Below the pieces are notes generated by a model. It was not told the DNA's origin and searched no databases. It worked only from the letters and a program-made list of their open reading frames with translations. This document shows positions 1 to 9,843 of a stretch of 64,000 nt of DNA, piece after piece; positions within the stretch are counted from its first letter, which is position 1; the number at the start of each line of letters is the position of its first letter. Source of the DNA: Clostridia bacterium (lineage in GTDB: Bacteria > Bacillota > Clostridia > TANB77 > CAG-508); contig JAFWMA010000015.1 in NCBI GenBank assembly GCA_017510825.1, positions 23,707 through 87,706 on the forward strand. The letters run 5' to 3'. The position numbers and the translations under genes are program-made.

Positions 1-581
1 AATGAAGTTTCTTCTCCAGTTCTATAAAAATCATGCAGTATTCTTAATCTTTCTTTTGCATCTAACTCAATACATTTTGAGCCTAACTCTGAAAATTTTG
101 TCATTAGGTCACTGCCAACTCTTGCAAAATAATTTCTTGCCTCTTCTATTGAATTTTTATAAGCTGAAATCGTAATCATTTTTTCTTGAACAATTTCATT
201 TGAATCTTTAATTTGTTCCATTAGCATTTGATTATATTCTTTTCTATATTTATCAAGTCCATCTTCTTTCATACTTAACAAAATTTGATTTTTAAAATCT
301 ACTTTATTTATTCTTCTATTGTTTATAGTTATTTTTGCAATAGCACCACTATCAAGTGAATTAAGTATTTCTGAATAATCAATGAACATTGCTTCTTTAT
401 CTTCATGACTTGCAACTGCATAATTTATATCTAAAAATTTAAAACACTTTGAATATTTATTATTTCCTACTAAAAATATTCCATCTTCCCATATTGCATC
501 TGCAGGAATTACATCTTGTGCAGACTTTGGAATTTTAGACTTTCCTTTATCTCTTTTAAATATTTGACTCAAACTTCTCAT
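1..581 (-). CDS. VirB4-like conjugative ATPase (TrsE type), 5' part only, runs off window
   Basis: Manual translation from ATG at 581: MRSLSQIFKRDKGKSKIPKSAQDVIPADAIWEDGIF...DINYAVASHEDKEAMFIDYSEILNSLDSGAIAKITINNRR, typical N-terminus of Firmicutes ICE VirB4; follows prgI. Confidence 0.85.
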   Translation of the reverse strand, partial: MRSLSQIFKRDKGKSKIPKSAQDVIPADAIWEDGIFLVGNNKYSKCFKFLDINYAVASHEDKEAMFIDYSEILNSLDSGAIAKITINNRRINKVDFKNQILLSMKEDGLDKYRKEYNQMLMEQIKDSNEIVQEKMITISAYKNSIEEARNYFARVGSDLMTKFSELGSKCIELDAKERLRILHDFYRTGEETS

Positions 582-1026
582 CTATTTTTTCCTCCTTTTT
601 TTTCTTATCTTTTTTATGCTTTTTGTCTTTTTTCTCTTTATCTTTTTTAGGTTTATATTCTCTTTTGTTCTTTAAGAAATCTCTTTTTAGGTTTCTATTT
701 ATTAAAGGTTTGAATAGTTCAAAATAATAAGTTGTTGACTTAAAATGTAAATGACTTGGTAATAGAATATTCGTTCTAATCCAAGCCATTATGAATTGTT
801 CTGCTGTCATTCCGTTATACTTAACAAATCCAAGCACAGCAAATGGAACAGCTCCTAATATACAAACCCAAGATAAAGTTTCAATTCCAAAAAATGGTTT
901 CAATAAAAAATAGAGTAGCAATGCTACTCCACAAGCCAGTATAGAAAAGATACACTGCCTCATTGAAAGTCCAAAAAATATACTTTCTTGGAACTCTCTT
1001 ATATCTTTATTTATCTTTACTTCCAT
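556..1026 (-). CDS. PrgI family conjugation membrane protein
   Basis: MEVKINKDIREFQESIFFGLSMRQ motif, two TM segments, position directly before virB4. Confidence 0.88.
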   Translation of the reverse strand: MEVKINKDIREFQESIFFGLSMRQCIFSILACGVALLLYFLLKPFFGIETLSWVCILGAVPFAVLGFVKYNGMTAEQFIMAWIRTNILLPSHLHFKSTTYYFELFKPLINRNLKRDFLKNKREYKPKKDKEKKDKKHKKDKKKKEEKIDEKFESNI

Positions 1027-1029
1027 AAC

Positions 1030-1731
1030 TTATCGTGCCTCCTTATTACAATTATTTTTTTCTTTTTTCTCATCTAAGTAGTCTATTTTAGAATAGGTAT
1101 CTCCAAATTCTTCTATGTATGCTTTTCTCAATTCATAAGATAATCCATCTCTTTTCTCTTCTTCATTTGAATATACTTCGTAATCAATGCCTTCGGGACC
1201 AGCAATATTTAATTGTTCTTTATACTTGTTGAGCATTTCTTTTTCATTGTAGAATTCTATCTTATCCGTATAATTAGATGATAGATGATAAAGTAACATG
1301 CCCACTGGATTTTCATTATCTTTATCTGAAATTGAGAAGTCATATTCTTTTTCTAATTCCATTTCTGTAACTTTTTCAGAAATAATTTCTAAATCATCTT
1401 CATCAATAACTTTAAAATCTTTCAATTTCTTTTCTCCTTTTTGTAGTGCTACAAGTCTATCAATTACTTTTTCTCTTAATTCTTTTTCAATTTTATTTAA
1501 AAAAGGTCCAAATGTTGTTAAAACTGGAGTCATACTAAAACCATTGACTCTATACATCTTAATATCAACATTGTAACCTTCCATTTTATTTACTTTTATT
1601 ATAAAATCTGGAATATCTTCCTCTTTTATAACGACCTCATTCATTCCATCATCTGCATAATAAAGTTGTCCTCCTTTCTTTAGTATTTCTTCTATTTCTT
1701 TTTCATTATAAAACTCTATTTTATCTTCCAT
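1030..1731 (-). CDS. Hypothetical acidic protein with internal repeat (DKIEFYNEKE x2)
   Basis: 233-aa ORF with RBS, lying between virB6 and prgI. Confidence 0.7.
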   Translation of the reverse strand: MEDKIEFYNEKEIEEILKKGGQLYYADDGMNEVVIKEEDIPDFIIKVNKMEGYNVDIKMYRVNGFSMTPVLTTFGPFLNKIEKELREKVIDRLVALQKGEKKLKDFKVIDEDDLEIISEKVTEMELEKEYDFSISDKDNENPVGMLLYHLSSNYTDKIEFYNEKEMLNKYKEQLNIAGPEGIDYEVYSNEEEKRDGLSYELRKAYIEEFGDTYSKIDYLDEKKEKNNCNKEAR

Positions 1732-1744
1732 AGTTCTCTCCTTT

Positions 1745-2575
1745 CTATAGTCCCATCATTTCTTTTACAATCCTATCGCTCATTCTAATTGTTCCTACTA
1801 GGACTAACATATTAAACAATAACTCTCCCAGGTACTTCCATACCATTGTTATTGCATCATCTCCAGTATTTATTGAAGGAGCAGTTGAAGCAAACATTGT
1901 AAATATTACACAAGAAATAACAATAATAGCTCCTTCTAAACAAACTCCTATGTAACTTTTTATAAAACTTCTTCCTATTTGTTCTGTTCCTTGTCCTGCA
2001 AAAGAACTCAATGGTATTGGTGCTATCGCAGTATATAAATATAATTTAAAGAACCTACCATAAACAGTTAAAATCATAATAAAGGACATAACCGTTATAA
2101 ATAGTCCACCCAGTATAGCTACTGCACCTAATGGGATTGAATCAAAAAATCCTGCATTATCAACTGCTGTTGCTATTTCATTTGGTAGCCAAGATGAATT
2201 TCCTCCACTAATTCCTGTCGCACTTATAATGCTTTGAACTATACCTTGACCAATTTTAAATATTGCAAGCATTAATTCCATTCCATAAGTGACGACAGCT
2301 TTCGCCAGGACGAACCTAATAAACAACTTAAAGGCATGCTCTGGTTTTTTTACTTCTGCAAAATTTCCAAATTGTTTGGCTATGCCTACTACAAAAAATA
2401 ATACCAGTAAAGCAAGTCCAATAGCCTGCATTGCTCCATTTATATTTTCTATTACATTCCAAATTCCACCACCTCGAAACTCTTGTGGACTTTGACTAAC
2501 AATTTGCCACATTTCATTCATTTTTCCATTCCAAGTATCAAGTGATGACCTTAAACTATTTGTAATCCAACTCAC
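1745..2575 (-). CDS. VirB6/TrbL-like conjugal transfer membrane protein
   Basis: Multi-TM; GRFFKLYLYTAIAPIPLSSFAG motif typical of clostridial ICE VirB6-like proteins. Confidence 0.85.
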   Translation of the reverse strand: MSWITNSLRSSLDTWNGKMNEMWQIVSQSPQEFRGGGIWNVIENINGAMQAIGLALLVLFFVVGIAKQFGNFAEVKKPEHAFKLFIRFVLAKAVVTYGMELMLAIFKIGQGIVQSIISATGISGGNSSWLPNEIATAVDNAGFFDSIPLGAVAILGGLFITVMSFIMILTVYGRFFKLYLYTAIAPIPLSSFAGQGTEQIGRSFIKSYIGVCLEGAIIVISCVIFTMFASTAPSINTGDDAITMVWKYLGELLFNMLVLVGTIRMSDRIVKEMMGL

Positions 2576-2604
2576 ATCTGTACCTCCATTCTTTTAAAAA
2601 TATA

Positions 2605-2643
2605 ATAGACAGGCTATCTTATAATATAAGACTACCTGTCTAT
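2605..2643 (-). terminator. Intrinsic terminator-like hairpin after pilin gene
   Basis: ATAGACAGG...CCTGTCTAT inverted repeat. Confidence 0.55.
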
Positions 2644-2657
2644 CTTTTAATATTCTT

Positions 2658-2984
2658 TTATCCTCCTGTTATTATGCTTAAAATTTCTTTAGCAAATGTT
2701 ATTACTGCACCACCTGCTAAAGTCATAATTCCATTTGCTCTTTGTGTTGGATCATGACTCTTTAAGCTCATACCAACTTGTACTACACCAAAGCCAAGTA
2801 TTATCATTCCAACTGCTCTAATCAATCCAAATATAAAATTTGATAAATTATTAACAACTGCTATAGGATCATCAGCTGCAAAAACATTAGATGCCTGTAA
2901 TACATTTAATAGCACTATGTATAAAGCACCTACTACTACTTTCAATAAAATATTTTTTACTCTTTTCTTATTTAATTTTCTCAT
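2658..2984 (-). CDS. VirB2/pilin-like small membrane protein of the T4SS
   Basis: Signal peptide then two TM helices; GMIILGFGVVQVGMSLKSHDPTQRANG motif; between virD4 and virB6. Confidence 0.75.
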   Translation of the reverse strand: MRKLNKKRVKNILLKVVVGALYIVLLNVLQASNVFAADDPIAVVNNLSNFIFGLIRAVGMIILGFGVVQVGMSLKSHDPTQRANGIMTLAGGAVITFAKEILSIITGG

Positions 2985-3016
2985 AAATTTTTACCTCCAT
3001 ATTTAATTTTTTAAAT

Positions 3017-3060
3017 AAAAAAAGAGTGAAATTGTCTTTATATTTACAACTTCACTCTTT
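3017..3060 (-). terminator. Intrinsic terminator after virD4
   Basis: AAAGAGTGAA/TTCACTCTTT stem followed by U-run on minus strand. Confidence 0.7.
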
Positions 3061-4865
3061 TAATTATTAGACTCCTCTGCTAATAATTGTTGAACTTCAT
3101 CTTCTGATAATAGTTCATATTTTGTTTCAATTTTTTCTACTTGATTAGCTCCTTCGTCAATTTCTTCTGTTTCTTTGAAACTAACTTCTGCTATTTTTTC
3201 ATCTGTTTTTCCATGTTCATAAGGTTTTTCTTTACCATTTGCTGTATATTCTATGTTTTTATGTTTTAACATATTAAATTTTAAATCTCTTACAGGTTTT
3301 TCGCCTCTTATAAATAATAGAGCATATTTATTATCTAACATTCTAACTTCATCAGGTGTTAGTAATTCTCTGCCAGTATTTTGCGAATTTTTAGAATAAT
3401 TACCATGACTACCATAACTCCTAGAATATGTGTCTGTATCAATAGTTTCTTTTCCTAACAATTCACTTACATATTTGTGTGTACTTTGTTCATTACCTCC
3501 AAGATATAAAAAAGTATCACAATTTCCTACTATACTTTCCCATTGTTTTTCAAAAAGTGCTTTTAATTGAGCAAGATTTTGAAGAATAATTGATACACTT
3601 ACATTTCTACTTCTCATAACTGATAATATTTTATCAAAGTCATCAGGAAGGCTTACATTTGCAAACTCATCCATACAGAAATGTACATGTATTGGTAAAG
3701 CACCACCATATTTATAATCTGCAGTATAAAATAACTGCTGAAATAATTGTGTATATAAAATACTTACTAGAAAATTAAATGATGTATCATTATCTGGTAT
3801 TATTGCAAATAATGCAACTTTCTTTTCTCCTAAAGACGCTAGGTCTAATTCATCAGTATTAGTTAAACTTGCTACACTTTCAAGGTTGAATTTTTCAAGT
3901 CTAGATTGAAGTGTAACCTGTATAGATTTTAATGTTTTACCACTTCCACTATGATAACTTCTATAATATTTCAGAGCTATATGATTAGGATTTTCATTTT
4001 CTAATCTCTCAAACAAAGTATCTAATGCTGTAGGTGGATTTTTATCTTCATCTTGTATTTCCCCATATCTTAACATTTCCATAACCATAGCAAAGTTTTG
4101 TTCTTCTTTAGGTGCTTTATAATACAAATAATAAATTAAAGCTAACAAAAGCATACTAGCTGCAGTATCCCAAAATGGATCATTTGTACTACTTCCTTTT
4201 GGTGTTGTGCTTTTAAATAGATTTGTAACCAATCTTTGAACATCATTATCATTTTTTAGATAAACAAAAGGATTGTAGCAATGTGATTTATCCATATTAA
4301 TCAAATCTAGTACTCTTACTTCATAACCATTCTTCTCAAGTAAAAAACCAGTATCTCTTAATATTTCCCCTTTTGGATCAAGAATTACATAACTGGAATT
4401 TGCTTGCATAATATTAGGTTTGCAATAACTAAAAGTCTTACCTGCACCAGAACCACCAACAACTAAAACATTAAGATTTCTCTTATGTTTTCTTGCATTT
4501 AAGCCTAATGAAACATTGGCTGTCAAAGTTTTATTATTGTTTTCAGGAAATTGTTTATATTTCTTGTTTAAATCATTTGCATTTCCCCAACTTGCAGAAC
4601 CATGTTCTTCTTTTCTACGATAATTCTTTCTTGAAGTATCATATAAAGCTATCGCACAAATATATATAAGTAAAAAAATAAGAATAGTTTTAATGCTATT
4701 CTCACACCATACTATTTTAAATGGATTATTAATCACTTCGCCAAAATTAGTTATTATATTTACCAATCCACCTTTTGTAATAGGAGCAATAATTAAAGAA
4801 AACCATATAACAGGAATTATACCTAAAATATAAAATACCTTTAATGTTTTCTTATCTTGCGTCAT
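3060..4865 (-). CDS. VirD4-like type IV coupling protein (TraG/TraD family)
   Basis: Walker A GGSGAGKT, Walker B MDEFAN, RSRNVSVSIILQNLAQL motif; ATG at 4865 after GAGGAG. Confidence 0.95.
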   Translation of the reverse strand: MTQDKKTLKVFYILGIIPVIWFSLIIAPITKGGLVNIITNFGEVINNPFKIVWCENSIKTILIFLLIYICAIALYDTSRKNYRRKEEHGSASWGNANDLNKKYKQFPENNNKTLTANVSLGLNARKHKRNLNVLVVGGSGAGKTFSYCKPNIMQANSSYVILDPKGEILRDTGFLLEKNGYEVRVLDLINMDKSHCYNPFVYLKNDNDVQRLVTNLFKSTTPKGSSTNDPFWDTAASMLLLALIYYLYYKAPKEEQNFAMVMEMLRYGEIQDEDKNPPTALDTLFERLENENPNHIALKYYRSYHSGSGKTLKSIQVTLQSRLEKFNLESVASLTNTDELDLASLGEKKVALFAIIPDNDTSFNFLVSILYTQLFQQLFYTADYKYGGALPIHVHFCMDEFANVSLPDDFDKILSVMRSRNVSVSIILQNLAQLKALFEKQWESIVGNCDTFLYLGGNEQSTHKYVSELLGKETIDTDTYSRSYGSHGNYSKNSQNTGRELLTPDEVRMLDNKYALLFIRGEKPVRDLKFNMLKHKNIEYTANGKEKPYEHGKTDEKIAEVSFKETEEIDEGANQVEKIETKYELLSEDEVQQLLAEESNN

Positions 4866-5049
4866 AACCATCTCCTCTTACTTTTTCTACATCTTTTTGT
4901 TTTTTACCATCTATAATATTTAACAATAAGTAATCTACATCTGTTGTATCTATATTTTCTTTAATACATCTAGTTCTTAATTCATTTAAAGCATTTACTA
5001 TTATATGATATTCTTCTTCGGTAACAACTAAACAAACTTCATCTTGCAT
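4852..5049 (-). CDS. Small ICE hypothetical protein
   Basis: 65 aa, overlaps the virD4 start; similar small ORFs precede virD4 in clostridial ICEs. Confidence 0.65.
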   Translation of the reverse strand: MQDEVCLVVTEEEYHIIVNALNELRTRCIKENIDTTDVDYLLLNIIDGKKQKDVEKVRGDGYDAR

Positions 5050-5058
5050 ATCTCAACC

Positions 5059-5961
5059 CTACCTTTCTTTTGATTTTTTCTTGATATTTGTTTTTACTTT
5101 TGCTTTTGATTTGTCTTGCTTTGATTTCAAATCCATTTCTTTTTTAATATCTGAAAGTTCTTTTCTTACTGAATTTCTACTTCCTTCCTTTGATATTTTT
5201 GAGTAAGGCTCGGATTGAGGATTTGTTACAACCTTTGCCTGATTGAAATTTCTTGTGTCTATATCTTCTTTGTTTAATATCTGCATTCTTTCTTTTGCCT
5301 CTTTTCTTAATTGCAATTCTCTCATAACATCTTTTTGAGTTCTTTCTTTATTAGAAGTTTTTGGCGTTTTTGAGTCAATAAGAATATCAGTTAAAGTTTC
5401 TTTTACTGATTCTTTTTCATTAGGAGCTTTATTAATTCCTACTTTTGAAACATCATTTTCTTTTTTAGTTAAAACTTCCATTTTTATTTCATTTTCAGGT
5501 GTCTGTCCTTCTTTTTGTATTGGTTTTCCTTTTTCTTCTAAACTCTTTTGCACTTCAGTCTTTATTTGAGTATCATTAGATGTTGTAAGATTAAATCTTT
5601 TAACTATTCTATTTATTTTGCTTGCATCTTCTTGCCTAACCATAATATCTACTAATCCATCTTGGCTTTTATCAAACCTATCAATTAATGCACTATACAA
5701 TACTCCATATCTTTTGGCTTCAGTTGCAAATTTTTTTAGATCCTTTCTATTTATTGTAAATATAGAAAGTGGCTTTCCTGATTTTAGCATTGTATTCAAT
5801 CTAGCTTTTCCTTTTGTTTGTCTTCTATCTTTCATTACATTCAGTAATAAAGCTATTGTATGTTCTGCTCCTTTTCCACTTAATTTTGCTAAAACTTCAA
5901 ATCCTTCTAAATAGAATTTTACCATTTGGTCGGCTACATCTCCTCCCATATTCATAGGCAA
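5059..5961 (-). CDS. PcfB family (DUF3801) protein
   Basis: GGDVADQMVKFYLEGFEV...QTKGKARL...KKFATEAKRYGVLY...EDASKINRIVKRF. Confidence 0.85.
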   Translation of the reverse strand: MPMNMGGDVADQMVKFYLEGFEVLAKLSGKGAEHTIALLLNVMKDRRQTKGKARLNTMLKSGKPLSIFTINRKDLKKFATEAKRYGVLYSALIDRFDKSQDGLVDIMVRQEDASKINRIVKRFNLTTSNDTQIKTEVQKSLEEKGKPIQKEGQTPENEIKMEVLTKKENDVSKVGINKAPNEKESVKETLTDILIDSKTPKTSNKERTQKDVMRELQLRKEAKERMQILNKEDIDTRNFNQAKVVTNPQSEPYSKISKEGSRNSVRKELSDIKKEMDLKSKQDKSKAKVKTNIKKKSKER

Positions 5962-5972
5962 TACCTCCTTCT

Positions 5973-7352
5973 TTAAATTTTATATTCTTTGTTTATTTCT
6001 TCTTTTGTTTGTTGTTTATTTATATCTTTTCCTTCAAGTTTCTTTTGTTCTTTTATTTGTTTCTTCATTTGTGGTATTCTAGTTTCAATATCTCTACATA
6101 ATTGCACCTCCCTTTTTAATTTTTCTATATCTAAATTCAAGCCTTCTATTTTTTGACAAATTTTATATCTTTCGTTTTCATCATAAACTATTTTTCTTTG
6201 ATACCATAATCTCTCTCTTGTTATTGATAAATCCTTTATTTTGAATTCTATTCCCTCTCTATAATTTTTAAGGTCTTCATCATTATTTATTTTATTTTTT
6301 GAAATAAATATTGCTTCTTCAGAATACATATTCATTTTTATTATTTCAGCTCGCATTTCTGGAGTTAGTTTTACATTTACTCTATCTCTCTCATATCTTT
6401 TAAGCAAATAATAATAATGAAAATATATTGCCATGAAGCCTGTAATCTTTATATGAGATTTTCTATTTAATCTAACAACAGGAGTATAATAATTTTTTTT
6501 ATTAAATAATCTTGAATCTACAAAAGGAACTTTTGAAGGCTCTGTATCTAGTATGCGTTTTTTTATAAAACTAATAGAATACAATTCACCATAAGCTCTT
6601 TCTATTCTAATTGGTTGTCTATTAGGTTTATTTATAGATAATCTTCCATATCTTTCTCTTACTTCATATCCCATTTTATTAAGTAAATTTATAAAATCGT
6701 TATATGAATAGCTTTCAATAATTGCAAAGTCAACATCTTGTTTTGCAGATTTTCTATATCCATTATTTTGCATATATTTTTTATAAAAGTTTTCATAGTT
6801 TATTCCTTTTTTAGTTTTCTTTTCATCTAAAACAGATAACCCATATTCACTGCAAATTTCATCATTCATGTGTCGCATAAATCCATAAGTTTCTTTTGTG
6901 TCATAATATTTTTTTCCATCTACAAATGAAACAGAATTTATAACAAAATGGTTATGAATATGTTTTGTATTTAAATGAGTTGACACAACAACTTCAAATC
7001 TATCTCCCCACATTTCCTTTGCAAATCTTACTCCAATTTCATGGGCTAGATCAGGAGTTACTTCTCCTTCAGCAAAAGATTGAAATGCATGAAAACCTAA
7101 TATTCCATCTGTCTTTTTAAAATACTCTTTAGTTAATTGCATTTCTTCAAAACAAGATTCTCTATTACAATTTATCCCTGTAACAAGATATTGCTCTTCT
7201 GTTTTATAATCAGCTTTAATATATTCTATTGTTTTGTGTAAATCTTGATATTTTATTTCAGCATTTTCTTTATTTGTTTTTTTCTCGTTTGTTGCATAAT
7301 CTATAACTCTATTTAGTTTTGACTCTATTTTCCATATTGAAGTTGTCGCCAT
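5973..7352 (-). CDS. Relaxase / mobilisation nuclease (MOBP)
   Basis: MATTSIW...IDYATNEKKT; FHAFQSFAEGEVTPDLAHEIG; HLNTKHIHNHFVINSVS HUH motif. Confidence 0.95.
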   Translation of the reverse strand: MATTSIWKIESKLNRVIDYATNEKKTNKENAEIKYQDLHKTIEYIKADYKTEEQYLVTGINCNRESCFEEMQLTKEYFKKTDGILGFHAFQSFAEGEVTPDLAHEIGVRFAKEMWGDRFEVVVSTHLNTKHIHNHFVINSVSFVDGKKYYDTKETYGFMRHMNDEICSEYGLSVLDEKKTKKGINYENFYKKYMQNNGYRKSAKQDVDFAIIESYSYNDFINLLNKMGYEVRERYGRLSINKPNRQPIRIERAYGELYSISFIKKRILDTEPSKVPFVDSRLFNKKNYYTPVVRLNRKSHIKITGFMAIYFHYYYLLKRYERDRVNVKLTPEMRAEIIKMNMYSEEAIFISKNKINNDEDLKNYREGIEFKIKDLSITRERLWYQRKIVYDENERYKICQKIEGLNLDIEKLKREVQLCRDIETRIPQMKKQIKEQKKLEGKDINKQQTKEEINKEYKI

Positions 7353-7364
7353 AAATTTATCCTC

Positions 7365-7730
7365 CTACAAATAATTTTTTCTTAAATCTGTCATAATATC
7401 ATTTAATTTCTTTGTTTCATTTTTATATTCTTCTACATTAATAAAATGTAATGAATTTGCAGTTTTTGCAATTTGATTTAGATTAGTTCCAATTCCAATT
7501 AGTTTTTTCATAATTAAGTAAAATTCTTTATCAGGTTTTTCTTTTAACTGAAGATCCATAATTAAATCTCTAATATATTCAGATTTCGTTTTACCTGTCT
7601 TTACTAAATCTTGCCTTAATTTTTCACTTTCTTTTTCATTCAATCTAATACACAAATAAATTGTTCTTTCTCTGCCTCTTGTTTTTTTATGCTTTCTATA
7701 TCTTTTCCTTTTTTCTAATTCTGTCCCCAT
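7365..7730 (-). CDS. mobC: MobC relaxosome accessory protein
   Basis: RHH-like N-terminus (IRLNEKE...KSEYIR) and IGTNLNQIAKTAN motif; directly upstream of relaxase. Confidence 0.9.
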   Translation of the reverse strand: MGTELEKRKRYRKHKKTRGRERTIYLCIRLNEKESEKLRQDLVKTGKTKSEYIRDLIMDLQLKEKPDKEFYLIMKKLIGIGTNLNQIAKTANSLHFINVEEYKNETKKLNDIMTDLRKNYL

Positions 7731-7751
7731 TAAAACCTCCTCCTAAAAAAT

Positions 7752-7780
7752 AAAAGATATTAACTTGCTTAATATCTTTT
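7752..7780 (-). terminator. Hairpin upstream of mobC
   Basis: AAAAGATATTAA/TTAATATCTTTT perfect inverted repeat. Confidence 0.55.
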
Positions 7781-7804
7781 TGATAAAATTTTGAATAAAA
7801 TTTT

Positions 7805-7880
7805 GGGGATTGGGGTGTCCCCATAATAATAGAATTTGATGCCGTTTAAAAATACGGCTAGCCAAATTCAGTGCTCGCTT
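7805..7880. promoter_or_regulatory. Candidate oriT
   Basis: GC-richer non-coding segment upstream of mobC-relaxase with nested inverted repeats (GAATTTG..GCCGT/ACGGC..CAAATTC; GGGGA/TCCCC). Confidence 0.45.
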
Positions 7881-7919
7881 TCCTAAATTTTTGCATACAA
7901 AAATCCTTGGAAAAATTCT

Positions 7920-8945
7920 TTACTTTACAAAAGTAGTCATACCTCTTTCTGATTCTTGCCTTAACTTTACCCCATCAAAAGTCGTAGCTCTTATATCATT
8001 CTCATAAGATTTTAGCCCTAGTTTATAGCACAAATAATCGTTAATATCTTTTCCATAAGGAGCTGGCATATTTCTAACTTTATACTTTTCTTTTAATATG
8101 AATTGAAATGCTTTTGCTGCATTTCTTCCTGCTGTATCATTATCAAAGTGTAATATAATTTCTTCTACTTCTTTATTATTATCAAGGTATTTCTCTACTG
8201 CAATTGGTAGTTTGCTATCTTCTATATTTACTTTAGTTTGATATACTCCTGCTAATGCTATAAAGTTTTGTCCTTTCCAATCATAACCTCTGTTGTGCAT
8301 TAATGTTGCATAAGACAATAGGTCTATACTACTTTCAAATAAATGTATTGAATGGTTTTCTTTGTTTCCTATAATCCTAAAAGAATAGGCTTTAGAACTT
8401 CCTTTTGCATCTCTCATTATTCTACTAGAATTAGTTGCTCTGCAACCTGCATATTTTATATTATGATTTTCATCATAACCTAAAAAGACTACATTATCTG
8501 TAGTCTTTTCTTGATATAATATGTTATTAATAATGCAATAATTAATTATGCTTTCGTCTATTCCTCTATTCATTAAATAGTCTATTACTTTATCATTATT
8601 GCTTGCCTTTTTAGGAACTAAAACATTTTTTATTGGTACTTTAACAGGTTGATGATAAATAGTTGGAACATTCTCATTTGTCTTATTTAATATCTCTGTA
8701 ACAGCCTCTGGATAACTGTAGCCACAAACATATATAAGATAATCTACTGCACTCACTCCACCTTTTCCTGTTGCATTTCTATAAAAGAATCCATTATTCA
8801 ATACCACACTATCGTGAGTTTTTGTTGAATATGTATCCTTGCTTTTTCTTACTAATTCTTCAGGATAATAATTCATAAGATAAGTTAGAGCATCATACTT
8901 TTTGGCAATATCTCCTTGTTCTTTCGTAACATATAATTTGCCCAT
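7920..8945 (-). CDS. DUF3991 + toprim domain protein
   Basis: YLMNRGIDESII, FESSIDLLSYATL, LHFDNDTAGRNAA toprim DxD motif. Confidence 0.85.
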   Translation of the reverse strand: MGKLYVTKEQGDIAKKYDALTYLMNYYPEELVRKSKDTYSTKTHDSVVLNNGFFYRNATGKGGVSAVDYLIYVCGYSYPEAVTEILNKTNENVPTIYHQPVKVPIKNVLVPKKASNNDKVIDYLMNRGIDESIINYCIINNILYQEKTTDNVVFLGYDENHNIKYAGCRATNSSRIMRDAKGSSKAYSFRIIGNKENHSIHLFESSIDLLSYATLMHNRGYDWKGQNFIALAGVYQTKVNIEDSKLPIAVEKYLDNNKEVEEIILHFDNDTAGRNAAKAFQFILKEKYKVRNMPAPYGKDINDYLCYKLGLKSYENDIRATTFDGVKLRQESERGMTTFVK

Positions 8946-8994
8946 TGTATTTATTTCCTCCTTTCAATTTAAACTGCTAAATTGTTTCTTTTTC

Positions 8995-9369
8995 TTATCG
9001 AACATTTTTATTTTTATTATCTTTTTCTTTATCCTTATTTCGTTCTTTCATTATATCTTCTATGGTTTCATCAGTAGAATATTCTAACATCTCTCTTAAA
9101 TTACCATCAAAAGAAAGCCAATCTTGATATGCCGTTTTTAATATATCTTCACTTTCTAAAAGAGCTTCAAATTCTGGTCTTGTATGGTATCTATCATATA
9201 CTAAATAGTCTGATATTTCTTGTCTGCAAACTAATTCATAAGCACTATCTATCACTTCTTGAGGTGTCCTTTCTAATAGACTTTGTCTGTAATCATAAAG
9301 CTCTTTATTTAGTTTTTCTACAAGTTCTTCTTGTAATTCTTCTAAACTTTTAATTTTATTATCTTCCAT
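8995..9369 (-). CDS. DUF3848-like ICE protein
   Basis: YRQSLLERTPQEVIDSAYELVCRQEI pattern; ATG at 9369 with RBS. Confidence 0.65.
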   Translation of the reverse strand: MEDNKIKSLEELQEELVEKLNKELYDYRQSLLERTPQEVIDSAYELVCRQEISDYLVYDRYHTRPEFEALLESEDILKTAYQDWLSFDGNLREMLEYSTDETIEDIMKERNKDKEKDNKNKNVR

Positions 9370-9402
9370 AAATTCCTCTCTTTCCTGCCTATTTATAGGC
9401 AT

Positions 9403-9435
9403 AAAAAAAGACCTAGAGTTTTATTTCTAGGTCTT
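9403..9435 (-). terminator. Intrinsic terminator
   Basis: AAGACCTAGA/TCTAGGTCTT stem plus U7 on minus strand. Confidence 0.75.
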
Positions 9436-9443
9436 AAATATAA

Positions 9444-9752
9444 TTATTTTTTTATAAATCTTTTGTTAAGCTGTAAGCCATCAGATAACCCTAATTGATA
9501 AAATACAAAGCTAGCAACATATTCTTTGCCACCTCTTGCTATTTCACATTGATTCAACAATTGTATAAATTCTGAATAATCTTTCTCTGAAATTTTATCT
9601 TTAATAAAGTCACATAGTTTATCATCAGCCTCTATTTGTTCTTTATCACTTTCCATATATTCTTTATGATCTTTGAATACAAATGCTGTATAATCTTCAA
9701 ATTGACTTTTAAATAATTTTTCATCAATTGGAATATCCAAATAATTTTTCAT
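9444..9752 (-). CDS. Hypothetical protein
   Basis: 102-aa ORF with GGAG RBS. Confidence 0.65.
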   Translation of the reverse strand: MKNYLDIPIDEKLFKSQFEDYTAFVFKDHKEYMESDKEQIEADDKLCDFIKDKISEKDYSEFIQLLNQCEIARGGKEYVASFVFYQLGLSDGLQLNKRFIKK

Positions 9753-9843
9753 TTCACAACAACTCCTTTATATCATTCTATATGAATTATATATTTTTAT
9801 TGTTTGATAGTAAATTATTTAATTTTTAAATTTATACATTTGA

